36,797 nt of DNA from Malacoraja senta (Eukaryota). Made by a program: the position numbers and the translations under genes. The stretch is from positions 1 through 36,797 of the forward strand of contig JAXLNO010006024.1 in assembly GCA_038087875.1 (NCBI GenBank), given 5' to 3'. Every line of letters starts with the position of its first letter. Position 1 is the stretch's first letter. Of the stretch, positions 22,601 to 35,291 are shown one piece after another. A model generated the notes under the pieces. That model was not told the DNA's origin. It saw nothing but the letters and a program-made list of their open reading frames with translations, and made no database searches.

Positions 22601-24435
22601 AGCACCTCATATTTGCTTGGGTAATTTACACCCCAGCGCTATGCACATCGGCTTTTCTAATTTCAGGTAGTCCTTGCTTTCTCCCTCGAATTCCCAGCTC
22701 TCCCACAGCCTACTGTCTCCGCCTCTTCCTTTCTTTTTCATGTCACCCATCCCCCCCCCTACATCAATCTGAAGAAGGGTCTCGACCCGAAACATCGTCT
22801 ATTCCTTCGCTCCACAGATGCTGCCTCACCCGCTTATTTTCTCCAGCTTTTGTCTACCAATGGGACCCCCACTGGCCACATCTTCCCATCTCCTCCCCGT
22901 AGAGACCGCCTCTCTCCGTAACTCCCTGGTCGATTCGTCCCCTTCCCACCCAAACCACCCCCTCTCCTGGCACTTCCCTTGCAATCGCAGGAAATGCTAC
23001 ACTTGTCCTTTTAATTAAGTTAAGACTATGGGACTGTACATTGGCCATAAAATTGCTGCCTAAAAGTGCCAGGACCCGAATTGATCCTGAATATGGGTGC
23101 TGTCTGTATGGAGTTTGCTCCTTTTCCTTTGATCGCATGTGTTTTCTCCGGGTGCTCTTGTTTCCTTCCACATTCCAAAGGTGTGCAGGAACCTATTTCA
23201 GACCCAACCCAAAACGTAATATTTTCCTTTTGTCCAGAGATTCTGTCTGACCTGTTGAGTTACTCCAGCTTTTTGTGTCTATCTTCAGTTTAAACCAGCA
23301 TCTGCAGTTCCTTCCTACACACACGATACTATACAATAGAACGTTATTAATCCCAGTGGGAAATTGTATGTGTGTGTGGGTATATATTTAATACACACAC
23401 ACACATATATTTATATAGTTATATATTCATATATAAATATACACCGTTTTGTTTTCTCGTTTATAACATTGTTTACAGAGTACTATGTTTACATATGCTG
23501 TTGTGCTGCTGCAAGTAAGGATTTCATTGTTCTAACTGGGACGTGAGAGAATAAACACTCTTGACTCTTGACTTACTTCGCTAATGTGTGGGAAGAACTA
23601 GTGTACGGGTGATCAATGGTCGGCGTGGACTCGGTGGCCTGAAGGGCCTGTTTCCACGCTGTCTTTAAATTAAACTAAAGACACTAAAACCAGAGGGAGT
23701 CTAAAGAAGGGTATCTACCCGAAAACGTCACCCAATTTTCTATCCTGAGTTGCTGGCTGCTCCGTGGAGTTCCCCCGCACAATTAAAGCATGGAATATTC
23801 TTCACCCTACCATAGTTACCAACCAGACGCAACTAAATTTAAGGTACCTTTTTTTCCCCAAAGAACCCTTTTTTGCTTAAGTCCAAGTCAAGAATCAAGA
23901 GAGTTTTATTGTCATGTGTCCCAGATAGGACAATGAAATTCTTGCTTGCTGCAGCACAAACAGAATATGTGAACATAATACAGAACAGGAGATAAAAGTT
24001 CAGTGGTTTATATACCATAGACCATATATATACACAATACATAAACAGAATAAAATGCAATAGGCTGTTATTGTTCAGCCCTCTACCACCTCCAGTTTAA
24101 ATTCCTTTTAGAATGTTTATGGAGGATCAGGAAACCAGAAGCGAGAGTTACTCCAGGGAGATACTCCTGATCCAGGGTCAGGGAGTGATTCTGTGTTAGT
24201 TTTCAGCGGTGCGGCGAGGCAGCAATGGCGGCCAAATCTCCCACAATTCAAAGCGAGGGAGATAGTGCCCGGCGCTGACCAGTTGCCGTGGCAGTGCGCA
24301 TGCGCAGGGCGGCCGATGATGTGCGGATGTGCAGGGGAGGACGTGCTGGCCGTAACAATGCGCATGTGCAAGGCGGCCTGCCGTGCCGGCCTAATGAGGA
24401 GCGAGCGGAGAACGGAGACCCGAACACGGATAACG
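19603..24435 (+). mobile_element. Left portion of the hAT-like element, copy 2, truncated at the array junction
   Basis: TSD-like 8-mer at 19595-19602, then the left TIR; colinear with 30223-35095. Confidence 0.85.
20126..22269 (+). mobile_element. 5'-truncated L1/Tx1-clade LINE, duplicate copy
   Basis: Same sequence and same 5' truncation point as 9494-11640. Confidence 0.92.
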
Positions 24436-27400
24436 TGTTTTACCAGCCACTGAGCCACCAAGACAAACATTTCTTTTAATCAAACATTTTTGATTTATTC
24501 TAATGATTCATATTTCAATTCCCCAGCTCCAACAGAGAGATTTGAACATGTTTCTGGGTCAGTAGCCTGACATTCTGACTGATAATGCAACAAGTGTACA
24601 TTATTCTACCGACCACTGGGTGCATGAAAAGGATCACCTTCAAACCAAGTGATGTTAAATACCACAACCCCCTATCCTCGCTGGATAGAATTAACCCATT
24701 CAGTGCCACCCAGAGTATACTCGGGTCAGAGTATACAAGTGAAAAAAGAAAAACAATTATTTGCAGTGAACAGGTTAAATCCTGGTCAGACCAAAGGATT
24801 CACATGGATGGGCATTGCAGGGGCCTCTTCCCCAAATATTGATTCTTAGCTTTCCATTTTGGCATAACGTTAATCCCCATTTATGAAGAGCGCAATAAAA
24901 CACGTTCTACAAAGAAACACTTCTGCAATAATCAGGTCTGCCATTATCATGAAAAGTAATATAGTCATTCAATTTACCTACCGACCCACGTTGTGTCTCT
25001 CTGTCTCTCGCTCTCTCCCTCCCTCTCTCTCTCGCGGCTCTCTCCCCCCGTGCGCTCTCTCTCCCGTGCGCGCTCTCTCTCTCCCGTTCCCCACCACTCT
25101 AGCTCTCTCGGCATTCCGGAATCATTGACGTTTTGCGGTATACAAAAATGCTGGAGAAACTTAGCGGGTGAGGCAGCATCTATGGAGCGGAAGGAAATAT
25201 GCAACGTTTCGGGTCAAAACCCTTCTTCAGACCCGGCTATTCCTTCACTCCATGGATGCTGCCTCAAGCCCTGTCCCATTGTGCGAGTTCACACAAGAGC
25301 TTTAAAATCTCTGGTAGCATCTCTGTCCCATCTTCAAATTCCCACTTTGAAATAAAATACAGATTTCGACTTAAACAATTTGCAGCAGGATCGCGATTAG
25401 TCGATTCCCACGCATTTTCAATCATCGTTCGATTCAGTGTAAAAACTAGTTGATATAGTTTTTTTTTTAAGATACAGTACATTACAATAAATAGTTTCAA
25501 GCATACCCAGTACTAAACGCACGAACATTAAGGTGTTACTGATGTTACAAACAGTTATAAATGAATATAATTTCAAAGTGAAATAGGAGATTTCCGTGGA
25601 AAGAATATTTGACCAGAATATGGCGAGGGTCGCTGCAAAATGCTCACTTAAACAAATGCGCCGTCAACTCAGGATTGTTTCTTATCCCTCTGACAGGTGT
25701 TTCAATCTCACCTCGCAGCTCGCTGTTAATCGATTCATAGCTATTAATTTTCATTCCTGGTCCGTAACGCTTCAAGTTACGCTTCTTGTGTGGTGGTAAG
25801 GGGGGGGGGGGGTGCTAGGATAAAATACCATATATTTGTATCTATATAGCGATCCTGCTGCGAAATTTTTGTCGCAAGTTGTAATTTATTTCAAAGTGGG
25901 AATTGGTAATTTATTTCAAAGTGGGAATTGGAAGATAGGGGCAGAGATGCTACAGAGATTTTGATAGGAGGGAAACGTTACAGCAGCTGAGTAAAAGATT
26001 AGTCAAATGGTAGGTTCAATGAAGATCGGGCGAGGGGGATTGGGTGTGGGAGAAAAGTATCTATAGTTTGGGACTTGCCTAAATGAGTACTGAGATGGAT
26101 TATCATTCCACACCAAATTTCTTAGACAACAATACATGTTATGCAATTATCACAACATTTTGTTGGATATGGATCAACCTATGGTACATGCTCGTAAATT
26201 AGTAAAACAAATGTTCTTTAAGTACTGTTGTTTCTGGGATGGGATTTCTGATAACAAATAACCTACATTCTATATTTTGTCATAATGTGGCTGAAACAAT
26301 GGCATATTTTGTGATATTTATTGAGATAGAAAGATACAACTGAGTTTGGGCAAGATATTACCTTGCAACATTCTGTATGTCTGATAGATATTGTGAAATG
26401 GAACAGAAATTATGGGAGGATTGCATAAAACTACAATTCAAAAGGTAATGAATATACAGAGTATTCTTATTTCCATCATGAACATACAATAGTGATATAG
26501 GGCACCAGGTCCTACTACGGTAAACTCACGAGCTACTACGGTATGACTACGTGTTAAAAAGTATAAATTTTTTACATCCTGAGTATATTTTACATGTGGA
26601 CATTTTTCAACATGTTGAAAAATCTTCACAAGTTACCACGTTTCCCGAGTACCTGCCGTTAGCGCTAAGAAATGGCATGTTGGCCTTTATAACAGGAGGA
26701 ATCGAATATAGGAGCAAAGAGGTCCTTCTGCAGTTGTAGAGTTCTAGTGAGACCGCACCTGGAGTATTGTGTGCAGTTTTGGTCCCCTAATTTGAGGAAG
26801 GACATTCTTGCTATTGAGGGAGTGCAGCGTAGGTTTACAAGGTTAATTCCCGGGATGGCGGGACTGTCATATGCTGAGAGAATGGAGCAGCTGGGCTTGT
26901 AGACTCTCGAGTTTAGAAGGATGAGAGGGAATCTCATTGAAACATATAAGATTTGTTAAGGGCTTGGACACGCTAGAGGCAGGAAACATGTTCCCGATGT
27001 TGGGGGAGTCCAGAACCAGAGGCCACAGTTTTAAGAATAAGGAGTAAGCCATTTAGAACGGGGACGAGGAAACACTTTTTCTCACAGAGAGTGGTGAGTG
27101 TGGAATTCTCTGCCTCAGAGGGCGGTGGAGGCCGGTTCTCTGGATGCTTTCAAGAGAGAGATAGATAGGGCTCTTAAAGATAGCTGAGTCAGGGGATATG
27201 GGGAGAAGGCAGGAACGGGGTACTGATTGTGGATGATCAGCCATGTTCACATTGAATGGCGGTGCTGGCTCGAAGGGCCAAATGGCCTGCTCCTGCACCA
27301 ATTGTCTATTGTCTATTGAAACGTTCCGAGCTCCGACGTACCCGCTACGTTCATTCTACGTGTTTACCACGAGTTTTGATTTTTTTTTTAACTCGGGAGA

Positions 27401-28840
27401 GCTCTTGGGTGAACTCGCACAGTGGGACAGGGCTTCACACCCGCTGAATTTCTCCAGCATTTTTGTCTATCTTCGATTTTCCAGCATCTACAGTTCCTTC
27501 TTAGACATTGTGCGGTGACGGCTGCATCTGCGGTTCCTTTCTGTTGGGGGGAGGGGTGCGGGGGGGAGCGTCCTGGCCCGTGGCGGCTCCTGATAAGTGA
27601 TATGTTTCCTCCGCAGGTGCTGCCTTGCCCGCTGAGTTCCTCCAGCACTCTGTGTTTTTTGTTTGGCTCTGAAGTTGAAGGTGGACCCCCTGTGTCTACC
27701 TTCAACTCCCTGTCTGTGGTGGCTCAGCGGACGGGCAGGGGCTCTGGGGAGAGGGTTGCGGTTCTGGTCGAGATCCTTCTTCAGACAATCACAAGTACTC
27801 TCACCGACGAGAGTTCAGTTCAGTCTGAAGAATGGTCTTCTCTCCAGAGTCGCTGCGTTGCCTGTCCTGCTGAGCTAGTCCAGCTTTTGTCTGTCTCCAA
27901 TTTCAGAGTTAGAGAAAATTGCAGACTTGATTTATAAAATCTCAAAATTTTGTAACATTGCTAGAAAATGTACCGCATCTTGGAGGCCGAAGGTTAGGTT
28001 ATTAGCCAAGAAAGATGGACTTTGTTATCCCTCAGTACAGCAACATCAAGAACGATGTTGTTGTACTGAGGGATAGCCAAGTCTATCCCTCATTGCTAGC
28101 AGCTGATGGGAAGCGGCTGTAAAGTGGGAAGCGGCAGTAAAAGGACAGCGCTGCTGGGGGGGGGGGGAGAGAGAGTTCATTTCACAGCGTGTGGGTAGTC
28201 TGTCCAGGGGTAAAGTAGCGGGGAGGGCAGGAGGGTTGAGGAGGGGGTCGGCCGGGGATCATCCAACTCGAGCGGGTCAACAGGCGATGGATAACAGGAC
28301 AGCGGGCGGTGGAGCTTACTCCATATGTCAGGGCGAGTAACCTCAATGATCCCTTGTTCGCGTTGACACAGGAGTAAGCCTCCACCGCCCGCTTGATGTT
28401 ATCCATCACCCGCTGACCCACTCTGCTCTATGATCTTTGCTCTTGAGCTGGTCCCCTCACTGTTCAGACGGAGAGCACTGCCAGAGGTGAGCGGGCGTCA
28501 GAAGGCGCTGAGATGGCAGTCGGTTCCGCTGTCCGGTGATGGAGGCCGCTCGTAGCCACGCGAGCTGCTTGCCTCCCCGGCCACAATGCGGTGGCTCCGC
28601 GCCCGGAGCGCCGTGGCAGCGGGTGAGTGAGTGTTACTGGCATGAACACCGACCCCCTCCTTCTCAACGCTCCTTCCATCCTCGCAACTTTACCCCTGGC
28701 TAGACCCCACACGCTGTGAAAGGAACTCTACCCCCGAATTGTCATGTTACTCACGGCCCGTGACTCATTTATAATTATTTATTTATATTTCTACGAAATT
28801 TTTTCCCAATTGGGCCCCGCACCTCCTAAGGCCGGCCCTG

Positions 28841-29039
28841 CTTCTACCCACGGGCCATCGATGTAACGTGGCTGAGAGATGGTGAGGGAGACCACGAGTC
28901 TGAATCCAGTGATCTGTTGCCCAATTGGGATGGGACTTACCAGCTGAAGAATACAATTCAACTGAGTAGAGAAGATGTGGCAAATTCTCCTGTTACATCG
29001 AACATGCAACTCTGCTGCAGGGAGTCAATGTTCCACAGG
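28841..29039 (+). pseudogene. MHC class I-like alpha-3 exon remnant, copy 3 (1-bp deletion in an A-run)
   Basis: 199 bp; GGCAAATTC versus GGCAAAATTC in the other copies; donor intact. Confidence 0.88.
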
Positions 29040-30222
29040 GTAAGTGGCAAGTCAATGAGGCTGATCACTTGAGACAATAAACCTCCTGGACTGAGATAAC
29101 AGCCTCAACACACTCTTAACTAAGCTGTGCATTTAGACTTTAAACTTTAGAGATATGGTGCAGATACAGGCCCTCAGCTCACTGAGTCCACGCTGAACAG
29201 TGATCAGCCCCGTACATTTACACTAACCAACACACTGGGGACAATTTACAATTTTACCTAAGCCAAGTAACCTACAAGCATGTATGTCTTTGTAGTGTGG
29301 GAGGAAACCGAAGCACCCGGAGAAAACCCACGCAGTCACAGGGAGAACATACAATGTCCTTGCAGACAGCACCTGTAGTCAGTATCAAACCCAGGTCTCT
29401 GGCGCAGTAAGGCAGCAGCTCTACCGCTACGCCACTGTGCCACCCATTAATAATTTGTGGTTATCTAATTGCCCAGAATTATTGATAGTCAATGGAATGT
29501 GGTTTTAGTTTAAGAGATACAGCGCAGAAACCCGGCCCTTCAGCCCACCGAGTCTGCGTCAACCAGCGATCCCTGCACACTTATATTATCTTACTTATTA
29601 GGGGACAATTTACAATTATACCACGCCAATTAACCTACCAACCTGTATGTCTTTGGACTGACGGAGGAAACCGGAGATCCAGGCAAAACCCACGCAAGTC
29701 CCGGGGAGAAGGTACAAAACTCTGTACAGACGGGACCCGTAGTTAGAATTGAACCCGGGTCTCTGGCGCTGTAAGGCAGCAGTTCCACTAAGTGGGCAAA
29801 GCAGAGCCAAATGGAATACAGTGTAGTAAGTGTCTGGTTTTACATTTTGGCAGTCGGAATAAAGACGTAGACTATTTGAGCTACAAAGTGGGAGTACTAG
29901 CGCAGGATTCCCAAATAGTTCACTTGCAAATTGAGTCGGTGGTAAGTAAGGCAAATGCAATGCCAGCATTCATTTCGGGGGCCTAGAATATAAAAACAAT
30001 GATATAATGCTGAGGATTTATCGGGCACTGGTGAGGACACATTTGGAATATTGTGAGCAGTTTTGGGCTCCATATTAGAAAGGATGTGCTGGCTTTGGAG
30101 AGGGTCCAGAGGAAGTATGTCCTGGAGATGATTGATTTAACGTATGAGGAATGTTTGAAGTCTCTGTGCCTGTGCTCGTGGGATTTAGAAGGAGAGGGGG
30201 AAATCTCATTGAAACCTACCAG

Positions 30223-33200
30223 CAGGGACGGATTTAGATGAAGAGAGGCCCTAAACTGTTCCACTTGTGAGCCCCCCGCCCCAATCCCCCACCCCCACGA
30301 CTAGAGGAAGATGGTCCACCAGATTGACACCGATTTGCAGCCGAGCGTGGCCAATGAGATAAGGGGCTGGAAAGCTGGGCTTTTATTTATTTATTTATTT
30401 ATTGCCTGTGCTAGTGTCGAGTTATTGGCTTAAAACACTATTATTCTGAAATGGAGGGCAAGGAAAATTACTGAAGGGTTGTTTAGAGACTACAGTGCGT
30501 TGTGACAGCATATGTAAGAAAGGCCTATACACCTTGCAGGGCTCTCACTTAATTTTTTTTCTCTGTTGTCAGCCGGGCAACCTTGGCAGCTTTTAAGTTG
30601 CCAAATTACAGTTTAGGTGGTTATTAAGATGGCTTGCATGGCGCGTGCGATAATGTGCTTGGATGAAGTGCATAGTTACCTGTCGGAATTATACTCAGTG
30701 AAGCACTCGCATATTATTTCTGCTTTAAATAAAACTACAAACTAAAACCGCTGTTATTTGCTTTAGTAATTGAACCCCTTGCTGAAAAAATAAGAACACA
30801 CATGGATATCTACGGTTATAATACAAAATATTCAAATAACAAAATATCGTTATATGCCGATGATGTACTATTGTACATCACAAAACCACAAATTAGTATA
30901 CCAAATATATTAAATTTAATTGAGGACTTTGGATCCTTTTCAGGATATAGAATAAACTGGAACAAAAGTGAAATTATGTCGATAAAACCAAAAGACTCAA
31001 CACCACCTCAGGAAATTCCCCTTTAAAATAGCTATAGAAAAAATTCAAATATTTGGGAATTGAAATTACTAGAAATTACCAGATATGTTTAAAGCCAATT
31101 ATAATCCCTTACTTAAGAAATTAAAATAATATGATTAAATTTTGGAAAACACTTCCGATGTCCTTAATAGGCAGAATAAATGCTATAAAAATGATTTTCT
31201 TACCACAAATCCTATACCTATTTCAATCAATACCTATATATCTCCCAAAAAAGTTTTTCAAAAAATTGGACTCAGACATTACAAATTTTATATGGGATTA
31301 TAAATCCCATAGAATACAAAGAGCACACCTTAATAAATGAAAAGAGTTGGGGGGTCTCGCGCTCCCTAACTTTATGTATTATAAATGGGCAGTAAATATT
31401 AAAAATATGATTCACCTGCTGGACAATTCTGCCCAGCAGGTGGACTGGATTATAATGGAAAAAGGGGACTGTTCCCCGAGTAATATAGGAGCGATTATTC
31501 TCTCTCCAATAAATTTGAATAATAAAATTTATAATAAAAAACCCAATTATAAATAGCACAATTAGAACATGGAAACAAATAAAACAGAATCTAAAATTAA
31601 GAAAACCTATCTCTCTCAATACCAATAGTAATAACCCATCGTTTAAACCCTCAACCATAGACAAATCATTTATACAATGGGAAATAATGGGAATCAAAAC
31701 GCTCGAAGATCTGTATGAATTGGGAAAATTACTATCATTTCAACAACTACAACTGAAATATAATCTGAAAAATAATCAATATTTTAAATATCTACAAATT
31801 CGTGATTACCTGAAAAAATGCACAAAAGACTATCATAATATGCCTTCCCGACTTACTAGATGAAGCAATGAAGACAAAGGCGGAATCAGCTAATCTAATA
31901 TCGTACTTATATAATATCATTTTAAACATAGAAATACCCACAACAGAAGGAATTAGAAGAGACTGGGAACAAGAATTAGCTATAAAAATTTCAAAAGAGA
32001 GCTGGGATAACCACTTACCTACAGGTGCATAAATGTTCGATCAACGTATACGCTCATCCAATTCAAAACATTACATAGACTATATTATTCAAAAACTAAA
32101 TTAAAATAAAATCTTTCCTAATGTTTCACCAATCTGTGATAAATGTCTATGTCAAGAAGCTACCATAGCGCATTCTTTTGTTTTTTGTACAAAAATCCAA
32201 AAATTTTGGTATGAAATATTTGATATTTTCTCAAAATTAATTAAAATAAAACCTGGTACCAAAACCAGAATGGATCATTTTTGGAATATCGGAAGGTATC
32301 CCTGAATTAAACGTGTATCAGAAGAACTTATTCAATTACGGGCTAATAATGGGAAAAAGGCTCATACTTAAATTCTGGAAAAATGCGCCCACACCAACAA
32401 TAAAAATGTGGACATCAAATATGTTGGAAACATTACATCTGGAACAGATGAGATTCCTCTTAGCAGGGAAAGCAGACCAATTCCAAAAGACGTGGTCTAC
32501 GTTTTTGGACCTATTACAAGCATGAGGTGCAATAGTAATTTAAAAAATAAATAAAGAAAGAAATGGTATCAGGACCTGGTAATGGGAGATAAAACAATAA
32601 AAACAGACTTGGTCGGTGGTTCCCTTTCTGCGATTGTTCCTACTTTTTTTTTCTTTCTTTTCTAGGATCTACTTTCTTACTTTACTTCCTTCTCTAACTT
32701 CTTTTCTAAGGGGCTTTCTTTTCACAACACTCTCTTGCACCTCACGACTCTTGCGCACTTTCTTTACTTTTCTTACTTCTATCTTTCTCTTAAAGCTCAA
32801 AAAAATGAAGCGGTATAAAAAATGTATTAAGATATAAGTGTTGTGTATTACTGTAATTTACCGTACTTCTAATAAAAATAATTTAAAAAAAAATAAAAAA
32901 AAAACATATTCACCAATCAGGACATGATATATATCACAATGACATGCAGCAAAATTATAATACTGTATCTCAACTCTTTTTACACGTTGCAATGAATGCA
33001 ATGTCTATTATTTCTTTCCACTTTCCAAACAAAAATGTGGTTGGATTATTCAGCGTATGATCAACCGAAGCGCAGGCTTGGCGATCGCTTCGCACAACAC
33101 CTCCACTCAGTTCGCAATAACTAACCTGATGTCCCGGTGGCTCAGCACTTCAACTCCCCCTCCCATTCCGAATCCGACCTTTCTGTCCTGGGCCTCCTCC

Positions 33201-35283
33201 ATGGCCAGAGTGAGGCCCGCCGCATATTGGAGGGGCAGCACCTCATATTTGCTTGGGTAATTTACACCCCAGCGCTATGCACATCGGCTTTTCTAATTTC
33301 AGGTAGTCCTTGCTTTCTCCCTCCCATTCCCAGCTCTCCCACAGCCTACTGTCTCCGCCTCTTCCTTTCTTTTTCATGTCACCCATCCCCCCCCTACATC
33401 AATCTGAAGAAGGGTCTCGACCCGAAACATCGTCTATTCCTTCGCTCCACAGATGCTGCCTCACCCGCTTATTTTCTCCAGCTTTTTTGTCTACCAATGG
33501 GACCCACCACTGGCCACATCTTCCCATCTCCTCCCCTGTTGGCTTTCCGTAGAGACCGCTCTCTCCGTAACTCCCTGGTCGATTCGTCCCTTCCCACCCA
33601 AACCACCCCCTCTCCTGGCACTTTCCCTTGCAATCGCAGGAAATGCTACACTTGTCCTTTTAATTAAGTTTAAGACTATGGGACTGTACATTGGCCATAA
33701 AATTGCTGCCTAAAAGTGCCAGGGACCCGGAATTGATCCTGAATATGGGTGCTGTCTGTATGGAGTTTGCTCCTTTTCCCTTTGATCGCATGTGTTTTCT
33801 CCGGGTGCTCTTGTTTCCTTCCACATTCCAAAGGTGTGCAGGAACCTATTTCAGACCCAACCCAAACGTAATATTTTCCTTTTGTCCAGAGATTCTGTCT
33901 GACCTGTTGAGTTACTCCAGCTTTTTGTGTCTATCTTCAGTTTAAACCAGCATCTGCAGTTCCTTCCTACACACACGATACTATACAATAGAACGTTATT
34001 AATCCCAGGTGGGAAATTGTATGTGTGTGTGGGTATATATTTAATACACACACACACATATATATTTATATAGTTATATATTCATATATAAATATACACC
34101 GTTTTGTTTTCTCGTTTATAACATTGTTTACAGAGTACTATGTTTACATATGCTGTTGTGCTGCTGCAAGTAAGGATTTCATTGTTCTAACTGGGACGTG
34201 AGAGAATAAAACACTCTTGACTCTTGACTTACTTCGCTAATGTGTGGGAAAGAACTAGTGTACGGGTGATCAATGGTCGGCGTGGACTCGGTGGCCTGAA
34301 TGGGCCTGTTTCCACGCTGTCTTTAAATTAAACTAAAGACACTAAAACCAGAGGGAGTCTAAAGAAGGGTATCTACCCGAAACGTCACCCAATTTCTTCT
34401 ATCCTGAGTTGCTGGCTGCTCCGTGGAGTTCCCCCGCACAATTAAAGCATGGAATATTCTTCACCCTACCATAGTTACCCAACCAGACGCAACTAAATTT
34501 AAGGTACCTTTTTTTCCCCAAAGAACCCTTTTTTGCTTAAGTCCAAGTCAAGAATCAAGAGAGTTTTATTGTCATGTGTCCCAGATAGGACAATGAAATT
34601 CTTGCTTGCTGCAGCACAACAGAATATGTGAACATAATACAGAACAGGAGATAAAAGTTCAGTGTGTTTATATACCATAGACCATATATATACACAATAC
34701 ATAAACAGATAAAATGCAATAGGCTGTTATTGTTCAGCCCTCTACCACCTCCAGTTTAAATTCCTTTTAGAATGTTTATGGAGGATCAGGAAACCAGAAG
34801 CGAGAGTTACTCCAGGGAGATACTCCTGATCCAGGGTCAGGGAGTGATTCTGTGTTAGTTTTCAGCGGTTGCGGCGAGGCAGCAATGGCGGCCAAATCTC
34901 CCACAATTCAAAGCGAGGGAGAAAGTGCCCAGCGCTGACCAGTTGCCGTGGCAGTGCGCATGCGCAGGGCGGCCGATGATGTGCGGATGTGCAGGGGCGG
35001 ACGTGCTGGCCGTAGCAATGCGCATGTGCAAGGCGGCCTGCCGTGCCGGCCTAATGAGGAGCGAGCGGAGAACGGAGACCCGGACACGGATAACGGGCGG
35101 TGAGAGAGATAGAGAGGGGGGCCGCCCAGAGTTGAACGGCAGGTGTCCGGGAGGCCCCCTACACTTCAGGGCCCGAGGCTTCAGCCTATGAAGCCTAGTG
35201 GTAAATCCTGCTCTGCGAGCCCCCCCCTAGATCTCGAGGCCCTAAGCTGAAGCTTGTCCAGCTTATATGTAAATCCGGCCCTG
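30223..35283 (+). mobile_element. Complete non-autonomous hAT (Tip100-like) DNA transposon, 5061 bp, containing L1, Penelope and SINE fragments
   Basis: TIRs CAGGGACGGATTTA (30223-30236) and TAAATCCGGCCCTG (35270-35283) match 13/14. The 8-bp TSD CCTACCAG is at 30215-30222 and 35284-35291. Removing the element restores a continuous CR1 frame (NLIETYQ|IMK). GAGGCCC motifs lie near both ends. No transposase ORF. Confidence 0.9.
30748..32904 (+). mobile_element. 5'-truncated L1/Tx1-clade LINE, duplicate copy with many single-base indels
   Basis: Same sequence and same 5' truncation point as 9494-11640; YADD motif retained. Confidence 0.92.
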
Positions 35284-35291
35284 CCTACCAG

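Larger units (their letters stand above)
1..35095 (+). repeat. Direct tandem array (segmental duplication), ~10.63 kb period, 3 full units plus a partial unit
   Basis: The same sequence and ORFs recur at offsets of ~10.63 kb (e.g. ORF starts 1241/11872/22501/33137). The junction CGGATAACG|TGTTTTACCAG occurs at 3199/3200, 13830/13831 and 24435/24436. At 35095 the sequence instead continues GGCGGTGAG into unique DNA. Confidence 0.97.

Noticed and set aside
1-35095. CRISPR array, prophage, LTR retrotransposon or rDNA-type array as an explanation for the periodicity
   Set aside because: No short repeat-spacer pattern, no phage, gag/pol or rRNA sequence, and no TG...CA LTRs; the content is vertebrate intronic TE debris.
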